Assembly: GCA_030950485.1 (NCBI GenBank)
Contig: JAUZRK010000003.1
Coordinates: 20,228-84,227, forward strand
Length of the DNA stretch: 64,000 nt
Origin: Candidatus Dojkabacteria bacterium
GTDB lineage: Bacteria > Patescibacteriota > Dojkabacteria > J137
Direction of reading: 5' to 3'
The translations under genes were made by a program, and so were the position numbers. How positions within the stretch are numbered: the first letter of the stretch is position 1; each line of letters starts with the position of its first letter. The notes under the pieces were generated by a model, which was given only the letters and a program-made list of their open reading frames with translations, was not told where the DNA came from and did not search any database. Shown here one piece after another: positions 9,490 through 18,250 of the stretch.

Positions 9490-10353
9490 TTAAATAATTG
9501 TTTTATATTTCTTAAATTTATTCTTCGCAGGTCTTCTTTTAATGATAAACTTGCTACTTGGTTTCTTATCTTTTCTAGTTCTTGTTCCAACTTTATTACC
9601 CCATAAATCCTTTTTAGGTCCTCCAGTTCCGTGTCTACCACCTTTACCCTGTCCTCCACCATGAGGGTGTCCCCATGACATTGCTACTCCTCTTACTCCT
9701 GGTCTAATACCTTTATTTCTTCTTCTACCTGCTTTACCTAATTTTACATTCTTTTGATCTTGATTAGAAACTACACCTAATGTTGCAATACAAGTTTCTC
9801 TTACTAATCTATACTCACCACTTGGCATTTTCAATTGCACGTAACCTTTATCATTACCCATTACTTGTACATTTGTTCCAGCAGATCTTGCAATTAAAGC
9901 GCCTCTACCTGGATACATTTCTACAGCATGTACAAAAGATCCTTGTGGAATATTCTTTAATGGCATAGCATTACCTCCTTTAATTGGAGCCTCTTCACTA
10001 CTCAGTACTTCATCACCAATATTTAAACCATCTGGAGCTAAAATATATCTCCTCTCTCCATCGACATATTTTATTAGAGCTATGAAAGCTGTTCTATTTG
10101 GATCATACTCTAATGTTTCTACTACTCCTTTTATATCAGTTTTATCTCTCTTAAAGTCTATTATTCTATATAATTTCTTTACAGCTCCACCTCTATGTCT
10201 TATTGTAATTTTACCTTTATGATTTCTTCCTCCTGAATTTTTTATAACAGAAGTTAAGGCCTTTGGAGGTCTTGTTTTACTTAGGTGTGACTTATCAACT
10301 AATGTTGTATGTCTAAGCGTTGGTGTTGTTGGTTTGAATTTCTTTAAAGCCAT
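9490..10353 (-). CDS. rplB: 50S ribosomal protein L2
   Basis: MALKKFKPTTPTLRHTTLVDKS... and GHPHGGGQGKGGRHGTGGPKKDLWGNKVGTRTR match the conserved L2 C-terminus. Confidence 0.92.
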   Translation of the reverse strand: MALKKFKPTTPTLRHTTLVDKSHLSKTRPPKALTSVIKNSGGRNHKGKITIRHRGGAVKKLYRIIDFKRDKTDIKGVVETLEYDPNRTAFIALIKYVDGERRYILAPDGLNIGDEVLSSEEAPIKGGNAMPLKNIPQGSFVHAVEMYPGRGALIARSAGTNVQVMGNDKGYVQLKMPSGEYRLVRETCIATLGVVSNQDQKNVKLGKAGRRRNKGIRPGVRGVAMSWGHPHGGGQGKGGRHGTGGPKKDLWGNKVGTRTRKDKKPSSKFIIKRRPAKNKFKKYKTII

Positions 10354-10358
10354 TATTT

Positions 10359-10640
10359 CTATTGTTCAAAAATTGAAATTTTATTTCCTGATTTTAATTT
10401 AAAAAGCATTATTTTCATGTCAGCACTTTTTCTAATTTGCTTTCTTACATTCCAGTCAGTTTTCTTTTTACCTAGTCTATTTATTACCCAAGCTTTCTCT
10501 ACTTCAACTTGATATATTTCCTCTAAAGCTTTACTAGCTGTGATCTTATTTGCATCAAAAGAAACTTCGAAAGTAACTTTATTTTGATTCTTATATAAGC
10601 TTAGAGTTTTTTCAGTTACTATAGGTTTTTTAATAGTCAT
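10359..10640 (-). CDS. rplW: 50S ribosomal protein L23
   Basis: IKKPIVTEKTLSLYKNQNKVTFEV..KAWVINRLGKKK matches L23; operon position. Confidence 0.88.
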   Translation of the reverse strand: MTIKKPIVTEKTLSLYKNQNKVTFEVSFDANKITASKALEEIYQVEVEKAWVINRLGKKKTDWNVRKQIRKSADMKIMLFKLKSGNKISIFEQ

Positions 10641-10641
10641 T

Positions 10642-11271
10642 TTATTTACTTAGTTTCTTATTTAAAAGTTCTACTGCTTCTTTCTCAATTACTATTAAAC
10701 CTCCGTTTAAAATATCATAAGCGTTTAACTCACCGATAAACCTAACATGAGATTTTTGAATATTTGAGAATGAATTTATCAATGTTTTATTAACTTCAGC
10801 AGTTATTATAGTCATCTTATTTGGATTCTCAAAAGCAGACTTAACTTCCAATGCTTGTTTTGTCATTGGACTTTTCTCGTCTATAACTATTGAATCAACA
10901 ACTTTCATATCAGTTGCTAATTTTGAACTCAATGCATTTCTCATTGCTGATTTTAAAAATGATTTATTCATTTTCTTCTTCCAATTTCTTTCATTTGTAG
11001 GTCCAAATGCAACACCTCCTTTTCTCCAAATAGGATTTCTAGAAGAACCAAATCTAGCTCTACCAGTACCTTTTTGTCTCCAAGGTTTTGCTCCACCTCC
11101 CCTTACTTCAGATCTATCTTTTGTATGAGCATTTGACTGCCTTTGATTGGATAAATATGAATATACGTACTGTGAAATAACTTTATCATTTACTTCAACA
11201 CCAAATACTGAATCATCAATATCCATTTTTTCTAATTCTACTCCTTTTTGATTATAAACAGCTACTTTCAT
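10642..11271 (-). CDS. rplD: 50S ribosomal protein L4
   Basis: RQSNAHTKDRSEVRGGGAKPWRQKGTGRARFGSSRNPIWRKGGVAFGP matches the L4 core. Confidence 0.9.
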   Translation of the reverse strand: MKVAVYNQKGVELEKMDIDDSVFGVEVNDKVISQYVYSYLSNQRQSNAHTKDRSEVRGGGAKPWRQKGTGRARFGSSRNPIWRKGGVAFGPTNERNWKKKMNKSFLKSAMRNALSSKLATDMKVVDSIVIDEKSPMTKQALEVKSAFENPNKMTIITAEVNKTLINSFSNIQKSHVRFIGELNAYDILNGGLIVIEKEAVELLNKKLSK

Positions 11272-11286
11272 ATTAATTTCTTAACT

Positions 11287-11919
11287 CTATTTCTTATTAA
11301 AAAAAGATTCTTTTATAATTACATATGTACCATTAGCTCCTGGTATTGAACCAGATACTGCTATCAATCCATTATCTACATCTACATCTTCAATTCTTAG
11401 TTTCTTTATTGTCCTTTGTACAGCTCCCATTCTTCCAGCCATTTTTTTACCTTTATAAACTCTACCAGGTGTTGTACCTGAACCAATAGAACCTGGTGCT
11501 CTGTCTCTATCAGATTGTCCATGAGTTCTCTTACCTCCTTTAAAACCCCATCTTTTCATTACTCCTTGAAAACCTTTTCCTTTTGTCTTTGCAGTAACAT
11601 CAACTATATCTCCTACTACAAAAATTTCAGGCTTAATTTCATCTCCTACTTTAATCTCACCTCCAACTCCTAAATCTTTTTTAAATGCAACTTTATATTT
11701 AGGAACGAATCCTAATTCTTTATAGTTACCTTCATCAGATTTTCTAGTATTTTTAACTTTACTACTAAAACCTAATTCGATGTGTGTAATATTATCACCA
11801 TCAGTTAGTAATTTAGAGATGACATTATTAGATACATCGATTACTGTAACTGCTGACTGGGTACCATCTTCTTTGAAGATTTGTGTCATACCTATTTTTT
11901 TACCAAGAATCCTTTTCAT
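11287..11919 (-). CDS. rplC: 50S ribosomal protein L3
   Basis: MKRILGKKIGMTQIF...GKGFQGVMKRWGFKGGKRTHGQSDRDRAPGSIG matches L3. Confidence 0.92.
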   Translation of the reverse strand: MKRILGKKIGMTQIFKEDGTQSAVTVIDVSNNVISKLLTDGDNITHIELGFSSKVKNTRKSDEGNYKELGFVPKYKVAFKKDLGVGGEIKVGDEIKPEIFVVGDIVDVTAKTKGKGFQGVMKRWGFKGGKRTHGQSDRDRAPGSIGSGTTPGRVYKGKKMAGRMGAVQRTIKKLRIEDVDVDNGLIAVSGSIPGANGTYVIIKESFFNKK

Positions 11920-11968
11920 ATTTTTTTTAAAGGTTTACTTATCTTTCTTATATAAACAAGTTATATAT

Positions 11969-12268
11969 TTAGTTAATTTTAATACCAACACCTGCAGGTA
12001 ATTGCATATGTGTTAGTGTTTCTATTGTTTTTGCGTTAGGCTCCAGTATATCTACTAATCTAGTATGTACTGTTTGACCATAGTGTTCTTTAGATTGAGC
12101 ATCGATATGTGGTCCTTTGTGAACTGCTACCATCCATTTACTGTTAGGTAGTGGAACAGGGCCTTTTATCTTAGCACCAGTTTCTAAAACTGCATCACAA
12201 ATTTGTTCTGTAGCTTTATCTACTACTCTATGATCGTATCCTTTTATTTTAACTCTTATCTTTTGCAT
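11969..12268 (-). CDS. rpsJ: 30S ribosomal protein S10
   Basis: IRVKIKGYDHRVVDKATEQICDAVLETGAKIKGPVPLP...HKGPHIDAQSKEHYGQTVHTRLVDI matches S10; first gene of the operon. Confidence 0.92.
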   Translation of the reverse strand: MQKIRVKIKGYDHRVVDKATEQICDAVLETGAKIKGPVPLPNSKWMVAVHKGPHIDAQSKEHYGQTVHTRLVDILEPNAKTIETLTHMQLPAGVGIKIN

Positions 12269-12315
12269 ATTATTTAGAATTAAAACTCATTTAAAGAGCG
12301 TTTATTTATAACTTA

Positions 12316-12340
12316 CCCCCAAGCATAAAGCTTGGGGGGG
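12316..12340 (-). terminator. GC-rich stem-loop (cccccaagc-ataaa-gcttggggg) between tuf and rpsJ: putative terminator or attenuator
   Basis: Perfect 9-bp GC-rich inverted repeat in an otherwise AT-rich spacer, 15 nt after the tuf stop; flanks are only moderately U-rich. Confidence 0.45.
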
Positions 12341-12355
12341 ATAATTTTATCAAGA

Positions 12356-13549
12356 TTATTCAACAATTTCAATTACTACACCTGCACCTACTGTTCTACC
12401 ACCTTCTCTAATAGCGAATGTCATTTGTTCTTCAATTGCTGTCTTACTCATTAGTTCAACAGTAACTGTAACATTATCACCAGGCATTACTAATTGAGCA
12501 TCACCTTCTAGATAGATTGAACCAGTTACATCAGCAGTTCTTATATAGAACTGTGGTTTATAACCAGAACCAAATCCAGTAGCTCTACCTCCTTCTTCTT
12601 TAGAAAGAACATATAATTCTGCTTTAAACTTTGTATGAGGTTTAATAGAACCCTTAGCAGATAATACTTGTCCTCTTTTAATTTCATCTCTCTTAATTCC
12701 TCTTAGTAAGATACCTACATTATCACCAGCTTGACCTTGCCCTAGTGATTTCTTAAACATCTCAACTCCAGTAACTGTTACATTTTTAATATCTTCTGCG
12801 TCACCAACTTGATCTAATATATCATTAACTTTTACAACTCCTCTCTCTATTCTTCCTGTAGCAACTGTACCTCTTCCTTCGATAGAGAATACATCTTCAA
12901 CAGGCATTAAGAATGGTTTATCTAATTCTCTAGCTGGCTCTGGAATTGTCTCATCCATTGTTGCTAGTAATTTAGCCATACCTTCATCTCCATCTTTTTC
13001 ACCAGTTGCTCCATAAAGAGCACTTGCTACTACAAATGGAACTTTTTCTGCGTCGTATCCGTATTTTGTAAGGATATCTTTTACTTCTTCTTTAATCAAC
13101 TCTAATAGATCTTCATCTTGATCATCATCAAATCTGTTTATAAATACCACTAAGTGCTCAACTCCAACTTGCTTAGCTAGTAGAACGTGTTCTCTAGTTT
13201 GTGGCATTGGTCCGTCAGCAGCTGATACAACTAATATAGCACCATCCATCTGAGCTGCTCCAGTAATCATATTCTTAATATAATCCTTGTGTCCTGGACA
13301 GTCAATATGAGCGTAGTGTCTGTTTTCTGATTCGTATTCAACATGAGAAGAAGCAACTGTTACAATTTTATTTGAACCAGCTCTTGCAATTCCTCCTTTA
13401 GCAATATCTTCGTAATTCTTTCCACTTTCTGTCCACCCTTTTCTTCCTGAGTATGCAACTAATGCTGCAGTTAATGTTGTCTTTCCGTGGTCAATGTGAC
13501 CTAAAGTGCCTACGTTAACGTGAGGCTTTGTTCTTTGAAAATCTGCCAT
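12356..13549 (-). CDS. tuf: Translation elongation factor Tu
   Basis: G1 [11 protein letters not shown]2/G3 DCPGHKDY, G4 region FINRFD (NKxD with K to R), [14 protein letters not shown]-terminal beta-barrels. 397 aa. Confidence 0.93.
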   Translation of the reverse strand: MADFQRTKPHVNVGTLGHIDHGKTTLTAALVAYSGRKGWTESGKNYEDIAKGGIARAGSNKIVTVASSHVEYESENRHYAHIDCPGHKDYIKNMITGAAQMDGAILVVSAADGPMPQTREHVLLAKQVGVEHLVVFINRFDDDQDEDLLELIKEEVKDILTKYGYDAEKVPFVVASALYGATGEKDGDEGMAKLLATMDETIPEPARELDKPFLMPVEDVFSIEGRGTVATGRIERGVVKVNDILDQVGDAEDIKNVTVTGVEMFKKSLGQGQAGDNVGILLRGIKRDEIKRGQVLSAKGSIKPHTKFKAELYVLSKEEGGRATGFGSGYKPQFYIRTADVTGSIYLEGDAQLVMPGDNVTVTVELMSKTAIEEQMTFAIREGGRTVGAGVVIEIVE

Positions 13550-13811
13550 GTTGAATTTAAATAATAAATTAAAGTTATATATTTCCTGTTGGTAACAAAG
13601 AGTATAGCAATTTTTTTTTATAATTTAAAACCCTATAATCTTTTCTATTTGGTGAATTCCAACTTCAAATCTAAAATTGGTTCTTCGGATTATCCCAGCT
13701 TTACTCTAGAAAATCAACCCCTAAAGCATAAAAAAAATATTTAACGGGCTTTTATATATATAAATAAGATATACAATAGAAACAACTTAATCCTATCTAT
13801 AGATAATAATT

Positions 13812-14666
13812 TCAAGAATTAACATATTCTCCCTTCACATAGCTGCCTAATATTTTTAGCTTCTCGACATAACTAGACAACTCTTTTAATGCATTATTAA
13901 GTGCTTCATCAGCCATACCTGCTGCAACATCCACATAAAACCTATACTCCCAGTCTGTTCCTATAACAGGCCTACTTTCTATTTTAGTTAGAGATAAATC
14001 TCTATCAGCAAAAGCTCTAAGAGTCTTATATAATGAACCCGCTTCTGACCCTAGAGTAAATTGAAAAGTAGTCTTGTAACCATTATCTTCATTATTGACT
14101 ATTCTTTTTATTTCTCCTTCATCTTCTGGTCTACTAATCACATAAAATCGAGTATAATTTTTTGGGTTCTCATGAATGTTGTCTTCAAGTATCTCAAGAT
14201 TGTAAACTTTTGCCGCCATCTTACTAGCGCAGCCTGCTGATGTAATCATATTATTTTCAGCTACCATCTTTACTGAGCCTGCAGTATCTTCATGCTCATG
14301 AAATTTGATTTCTGGATGAGCCAGTTCAAATGGTTTTATTTGACCTCTTGCTACAGGGTGTACATAAATATCAGTTATGTCTTTAAGAAGTTTCCCTTTA
14401 TGGCCAATCAAATGAAAGTTAACTTTAACGTAAACTTCTCCAACCAATGAAACTGAGTAATTAGTAATATTGTCATAATTTTGATAAATAGATCCATATG
14501 TTGAGTTTTCAATTGGCACAACAGTAACGTCAGCAAGCCCTGATTTCAAATCTTCAAATACCTCTCTAAACGAACCTCGTTGAAGAAGATCAATTTCAGA
14601 TCCAAAGACTTGATCCGCAGCAATGTGCGAATAAGATGCTAAATTCCCTTGTATAGATACTTTCAT
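13812..14666 (-). CDS. pheA: Prephenate dehydratase (PDT + ACT domains), paralog 1; TGA stop
   Basis: PDT catalytic domain (VVPIENSTYGSI...) plus a C-terminal ACT domain with ESRP motif (LTKIESRPVIGTDWEYRFYVDV). Confidence 0.8.
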   Translation of the reverse strand: MKVSIQGNLASYSHIAADQVFGSEIDLLQRGSFREVFEDLKSGLADVTVVPIENSTYGSIYQNYDNITNYSVSLVGEVYVKVNFHLIGHKGKLLKDITDIYVHPVARGQIKPFELAHPEIKFHEHEDTAGSVKMVAENNMITSAGCASKMAAKVYNLEILEDNIHENPKNYTRFYVISRPEDEGEIKRIVNNEDNGYKTTFQFTLGSEAGSLYKTLRAFADRDLSLTKIESRPVIGTDWEYRFYVDVAAGMADEALNNALKELSSYVEKLKILGSYVKGEYVNS

Positions 14667-15838
14667 AATATTTCTGATAATTTTTTAATACCTTCATCTA
14701 TGCTCTTTAAATCAGGACTAGAAAAATTTAGTCTTAATTTATTCTTCCCATCTAATTTATTGGGAGTAAATAAAGTTCCTGGCACAAATGATACACCATT
14801 ATTAATTGCTTTTTTATAAATTAGATCAGAATCTATATCGTTCTCTCCTTGTAACCAAATAAACATACCCCCTTCAGGTTCTGCGTAACTATAACTCTCA
14901 GGTAAGTATTTATTCAAAGCTTCGACCATTATATCCTTTCTCACTTTATATATTGAGCTCATCTTTTTAACATTAGTATAGAATCTTTCATTGTCTAATA
15001 TTTCTACAACCACATTTTGAGCTAATACATTTGCATGAACATCAACTGAAAATCTCATTGCGTTTATTTGATCTATCAATTCAAACGGACCTGTATAAAA
15101 CCCTACCCTTAGTCCTGGCCCTATAGATTTAGAAAATGTTCCTAAATAAATTACGTTCTCAGCAGCTAAAGAGTATATGCTATTTATCTGCTTATCATTA
15201 AAGTTAATGTGTCCATACGGATCATCTTCAAGTACAATTAAATCATTGTATTTAATGATCTTTGCTAAAGCAGTCCTTCTTTGCTCAGACAAGGTATAAC
15301 CAGATGGATTTTGAAAAGTAGGAATCAAGTAAGTTAACTTAACATCATACTTCTCTATAAGTCTCTCATACTCACTAATTATTATCCCTTCAGAGTCCAT
15401 AGGTATAGGTACTATCTGTGCTTTACAACTTTGCATTGACTGTAAGGCTGCAAGAAAAGTACACTCTTCTACAAGCACAACATCCCCTTCATCTAAAAAA
15501 GCTTTACAAACTGTATCGATAGTTACTTGACTACCTGAAGAAATGCCTACACTTCTAGAATCAATCTCCAAATTTTGTGTTCTCTTTAAAAACCTTGCAA
15601 CGGCTTCTCTAAGTTGTGGAATCCCATTACTAAAACTATAGTTCATTAGTGATAAATCATTTTTTCCTAGAACCTTATCTACTGACTCTTTAAATAGTTC
15701 ATAATCAAGAGACTCTGCCGCTGGATGACCAGCTGCTAGTGAAATAAGATTGTCTACACCAAAGGTGCTTAAGCTATCACGAACAATCTTAGAGTCCATC
15801 AACCTATTTCTTTCTGATAACTTTTTAATATAATTCAT
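14663..15838 (-). CDS. Class I/II PLP-dependent aminotransferase (likely aromatic/prephenate aminotransferase from context)
   Basis: Fold-type I aminotransferase with the PLP-lysine block TFSKSIGPGLRVGF; start/stop overlap with the flanking pheA-like genes. Confidence 0.7.
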   Translation of the reverse strand: MNYIKKLSERNRLMDSKIVRDSLSTFGVDNLISLAAGHPAAESLDYELFKESVDKVLGKNDLSLMNYSFSNGIPQLREAVARFLKRTQNLEIDSRSVGISSGSQVTIDTVCKAFLDEGDVVLVEECTFLAALQSMQSCKAQIVPIPMDSEGIIISEYERLIEKYDVKLTYLIPTFQNPSGYTLSEQRRTALAKIIKYNDLIVLEDDPYGHINFNDKQINSIYSLAAENVIYLGTFSKSIGPGLRVGFYTGPFELIDQINAMRFSVDVHANVLAQNVVVEILDNERFYTNVKKMSSIYKVRKDIMVEALNKYLPESYSYAEPEGGMFIWLQGENDIDSDLIYKKAINNGVSFVPGTLFTPNKLDGKNKLRLNFSSPDLKSIDEGIKKLSEIL

Positions 15839-15847
15839 ATGTATTTT

Positions 15848-16678
15848 CTACTTATTTAATTTATTTCTATATCTTCCTATAATTGAATATTCTATTGTAC
15901 ATTTATCTAATATTGTTTTCAAACCTATCTCAGTTGATGAATCTACAAGCATGTCTATCCAAAAAGCATATTCCCAATTTGTATCTGGGATTGGCCTTGA
16001 TTCAATCTTTGTTAGCGATATGCCTATACCTCCGATACTAGTCAAAAGATTCGCTAGTGATCCAGCAGAGTGCGATACTCTATATATAACGGATATTTTC
16101 TTATAGTCTTTAGCTGACTCCTCAACTTCAAATACATTATTACTAACAAATATAAATCTTGTAACATTATTAGAGTAGTTGCCTATATTTTCTATAAGAA
16201 TTTTTAAGCCTTTTTTCTTTGCAAGCTCAGCTGAACCAATACAAGCTTTAGTCTTATCTTTTAACTTCAGAATATCCTCAGCACCCGCAGCAGTACTTTT
16301 AGATTCGTTAACTCCATACCCTCTTTCATTAATCATTTCAGAACACTGAGCTATAGCTTTGGGATGAGAATATACTTCTTTAATATCTTTGATCTCGGCG
16401 CCTTCTAAAACTATGAGATTTAAAACTATATCCATATTTGCTTCGCCTACTATCCTAAGCTCTTTCTTGAACATAAAATCTATATTTACATGTACTGTAG
16501 AAGTAATTGAATTCTCGATCGGTAAAACTCCAATGGTATTAGAATTAGTTATACACCTCTTTACAATTTCGTTAAAATTGTCTGATGGTTCTAAATTATA
16601 ATCGTTAGAATCAAAACATTTAGAAGAAATAATTCCAGAATAACTTTGTTTTGGTCCTAAATAATATACTGTTTTCAT
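15848..16678 (-). CDS. Prephenate (or arogenate) dehydratase, paralog 2 (PDT + ACT)
   Basis: PDT domain (IGVLPIENSITSTV) and ACT domain (LTKIESRPIPDTNWEYAFWIDM); clearly a paralog of the 13812-14666 gene. Confidence 0.75.
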   Translation of the reverse strand: MKTVYYLGPKQSYSGIISSKCFDSNDYNLEPSDNFNEIVKRCITNSNTIGVLPIENSITSTVHVNIDFMFKKELRIVGEANMDIVLNLIVLEGAEIKDIKEVYSHPKAIAQCSEMINERGYGVNESKSTAAGAEDILKLKDKTKACIGSAELAKKKGLKILIENIGNYSNNVTRFIFVSNNVFEVEESAKDYKKISVIYRVSHSAGSLANLLTSIGGIGISLTKIESRPIPDTNWEYAFWIDMLVDSSTEIGLKTILDKCTIEYSIIGRYRNKLNK

Positions 16679-17439
16679 TCTTCTTTAAGTCTTAATTGTT
16701 TGTTAGATATTTGAGACATAGTCTCTTCTATTGACATCTTTATTTTGTCAAACTGTTTACTACAGAATGGATTAAAGTTATACATATCCTCAGTAATCTC
16801 CATATCAGCACCGATCCTTTCTACAAAATCGTGCATTCTTGATGCTGATACTGTGTCAATTTCAGTCCTCTTCATACTCAATGTTTTAAGCACATGAGAA
16901 ATAGTTAGAGTAGTAAAGTGAAATTCTGAGGCTAGTTCATCATGTCTTTCTGCTGAGATTTCTACAATTTTGTTTTTTAGCTTAATAAATATATCCTTTA
17001 CTATATTGTAAATCTCCTCACTTGCGTTAATATTTTCAATCACAATATTAAAACCCTCTACAGAATTATTATTATGTTTATAAGACTCTGGCCCATACAT
17101 TGGATGGGTACAAATTTTCATTACTTCTACCGGAAGCTCTTTAATCATAATTTTTTTGGGATAAGATTTAATAGAACAAACATCTATAAATATTGAATCA
17201 TTATCTATATACTTTGCTACTTCCCTAGTAACTTTTTCAAATGCTTTTATTGGCACTGATGGAATGACAATGTCGCATTTACAAGCATCTTCAAAATCAA
17301 AAAAGTCTTTGTTATCAATTTTCTTTGACCTTGAAGAAAATTTAATTTGGACATCTACAATTACATCTTCAAACATTGTTTTTAATAGTTTCGAAAACTT
17401 TCCATATCCTATTATCCCTATTGTTTTAATTTCCTTCAT
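16675..17439 (-). CDS. tyrA: Prephenate/arogenate dehydrogenase
   Basis: N-terminal Rossmann GxGxxG (IGIIGYGKFS) and the TyrA catalytic block (CTHPMYGPES). Confidence 0.7.
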   Translation of the reverse strand: MKEIKTIGIIGYGKFSKLLKTMFEDVIVDVQIKFSSRSKKIDNKDFFDFEDACKCDIVIPSVPIKAFEKVTREVAKYIDNDSIFIDVCSIKSYPKKIMIKELPVEVMKICTHPMYGPESYKHNNNSVEGFNIVIENINASEEIYNIVKDIFIKLKNKIVEISAERHDELASEFHFTTLTISHVLKTLSMKRTEIDTVSASRMHDFVERIGADMEITEDMYNFNPFCSKQFDKIKMSIEETMSQISNKQLRLKEE

Positions 17440-17707
17440 CTTCTCTAGTTTTTAAAATAAAGTCATGAATTGTGTTCATTAAATCTGAGATTAACTCTTT
17501 GTCAACTCCAACTTTTGCAGCTAGATCTTTTTTCGACTTCAAAACCTCTTCCCATCTTCCTGGAGCATGAGATGGCATACCAGCATCCTGCTTTGTATCC
17601 CAAGCTCTAGAAGCCGCATTTAATCTTTCTGCAACCCAACAAACGGACATATTATCTAATAGATCTATTGAGTCTCTTAATTGTTTTAGTTTTTCTTCTT
17701 GTGTCAT
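17426..17707 (-). CDS. Chorismate mutase, AroQ class (monofunctional)
   Basis: 93-aa helical protein with the AroQ pattern LKQLRDSIDLLDNMSVCWVAERLNAASRAW... Confidence 0.7.
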   Translation of the reverse strand: MTQEEKLKQLRDSIDLLDNMSVCWVAERLNAASRAWDTKQDAGMPSHAPGRWEEVLKSKKDLAAKVGVDKELISDLMNTIHDFILKTREDEGN

Positions 17708-17735
17708 ATTATTTAATAATTAATAAGTTATATAA

Positions 17736-18092
17736 TTAAAATTCTATTCCCCCTTTTATATTCTCAGTGTTATTTCTTATTAGGAAGAGTCTCTTTAAAA
17801 ACTCAACTATCCCTAAATCTTCATTACTCCAATAATAAATCATTGCCCACAGATTGCCCTTATTTGCTGCTATTTCTGCTGAATCCCACTCTCGACCTTT
17901 TGTATCCATATTAAATTTTGCTTTCAGACTTCCAACTATCCTATTCAACATACCTCTCAAACCTTCTACAGCTGGTCTCTCAGAGGAAGCAATAGCATAT
18001 GTTGCCATATTAGCGTTTGGTATATCAGTTCTTGATTCCTCTAAGTCTGTCAAAGGATCTTTACCCGTATATCTTATATTTGGGTCATTCAT
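17736..18092 (-). CDS. Hypothetical protein (118 aa) inside the aromatic-branch operon
   Basis: ORF tightly packed between chorismate mutase and the upstream micro-ORF (3-nt spacing); no recognisable motif. Confidence 0.5.
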   Translation of the reverse strand: MNDPNIRYTGKDPLTDLEESRTDIPNANMATYAIASSERPAVEGLRGMLNRIVGSLKAKFNMDTKGREWDSAEIAANKGNLWAMIYYWSNEDLGIVEFLKRLFLIRNNTENIKGGIEF

Positions 18093-18094
18093 AA

Positions 18095-18229
18095 TTACTC
18101 TTCTCTCCCATACGTCTTTTCTGCTAAATAAGTAGCTCCATCTTCACCTTGCTTAAGCCTTCTACCTGTACCCATTATTAGGTCAACTCCACCCCTACAA
18201 ATATCGGGGAGTGATGATAGTGATGTCAT
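18095..18229 (-). CDS. Micro-ORF, 44 codons (MTSLSSLPDICRGGVDLIMGTGRRLKQGEDGATYLAEKTYGREE); coding status uncertain
   Basis: ATG 21 nt after the stop of the 450-aa gene; its TAA stop lies 2 nt before the ATG of the 118-aa gene. The packing suggests translational coupling. Confidence 0.25.
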   Translation of the reverse strand: MTSLSSLPDICRGGVDLIMGTGRRLKQGEDGATYLAEKTYGREE

Positions 18230-18250
18230 ATTTTTTATTATTGAGTCATA

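Noticed and set aside
9450-9662. 70-aa minus-strand ORF overlapping the rpsS/rplB junction
   Set aside because: Alternative frame across two confirmed r-protein genes.
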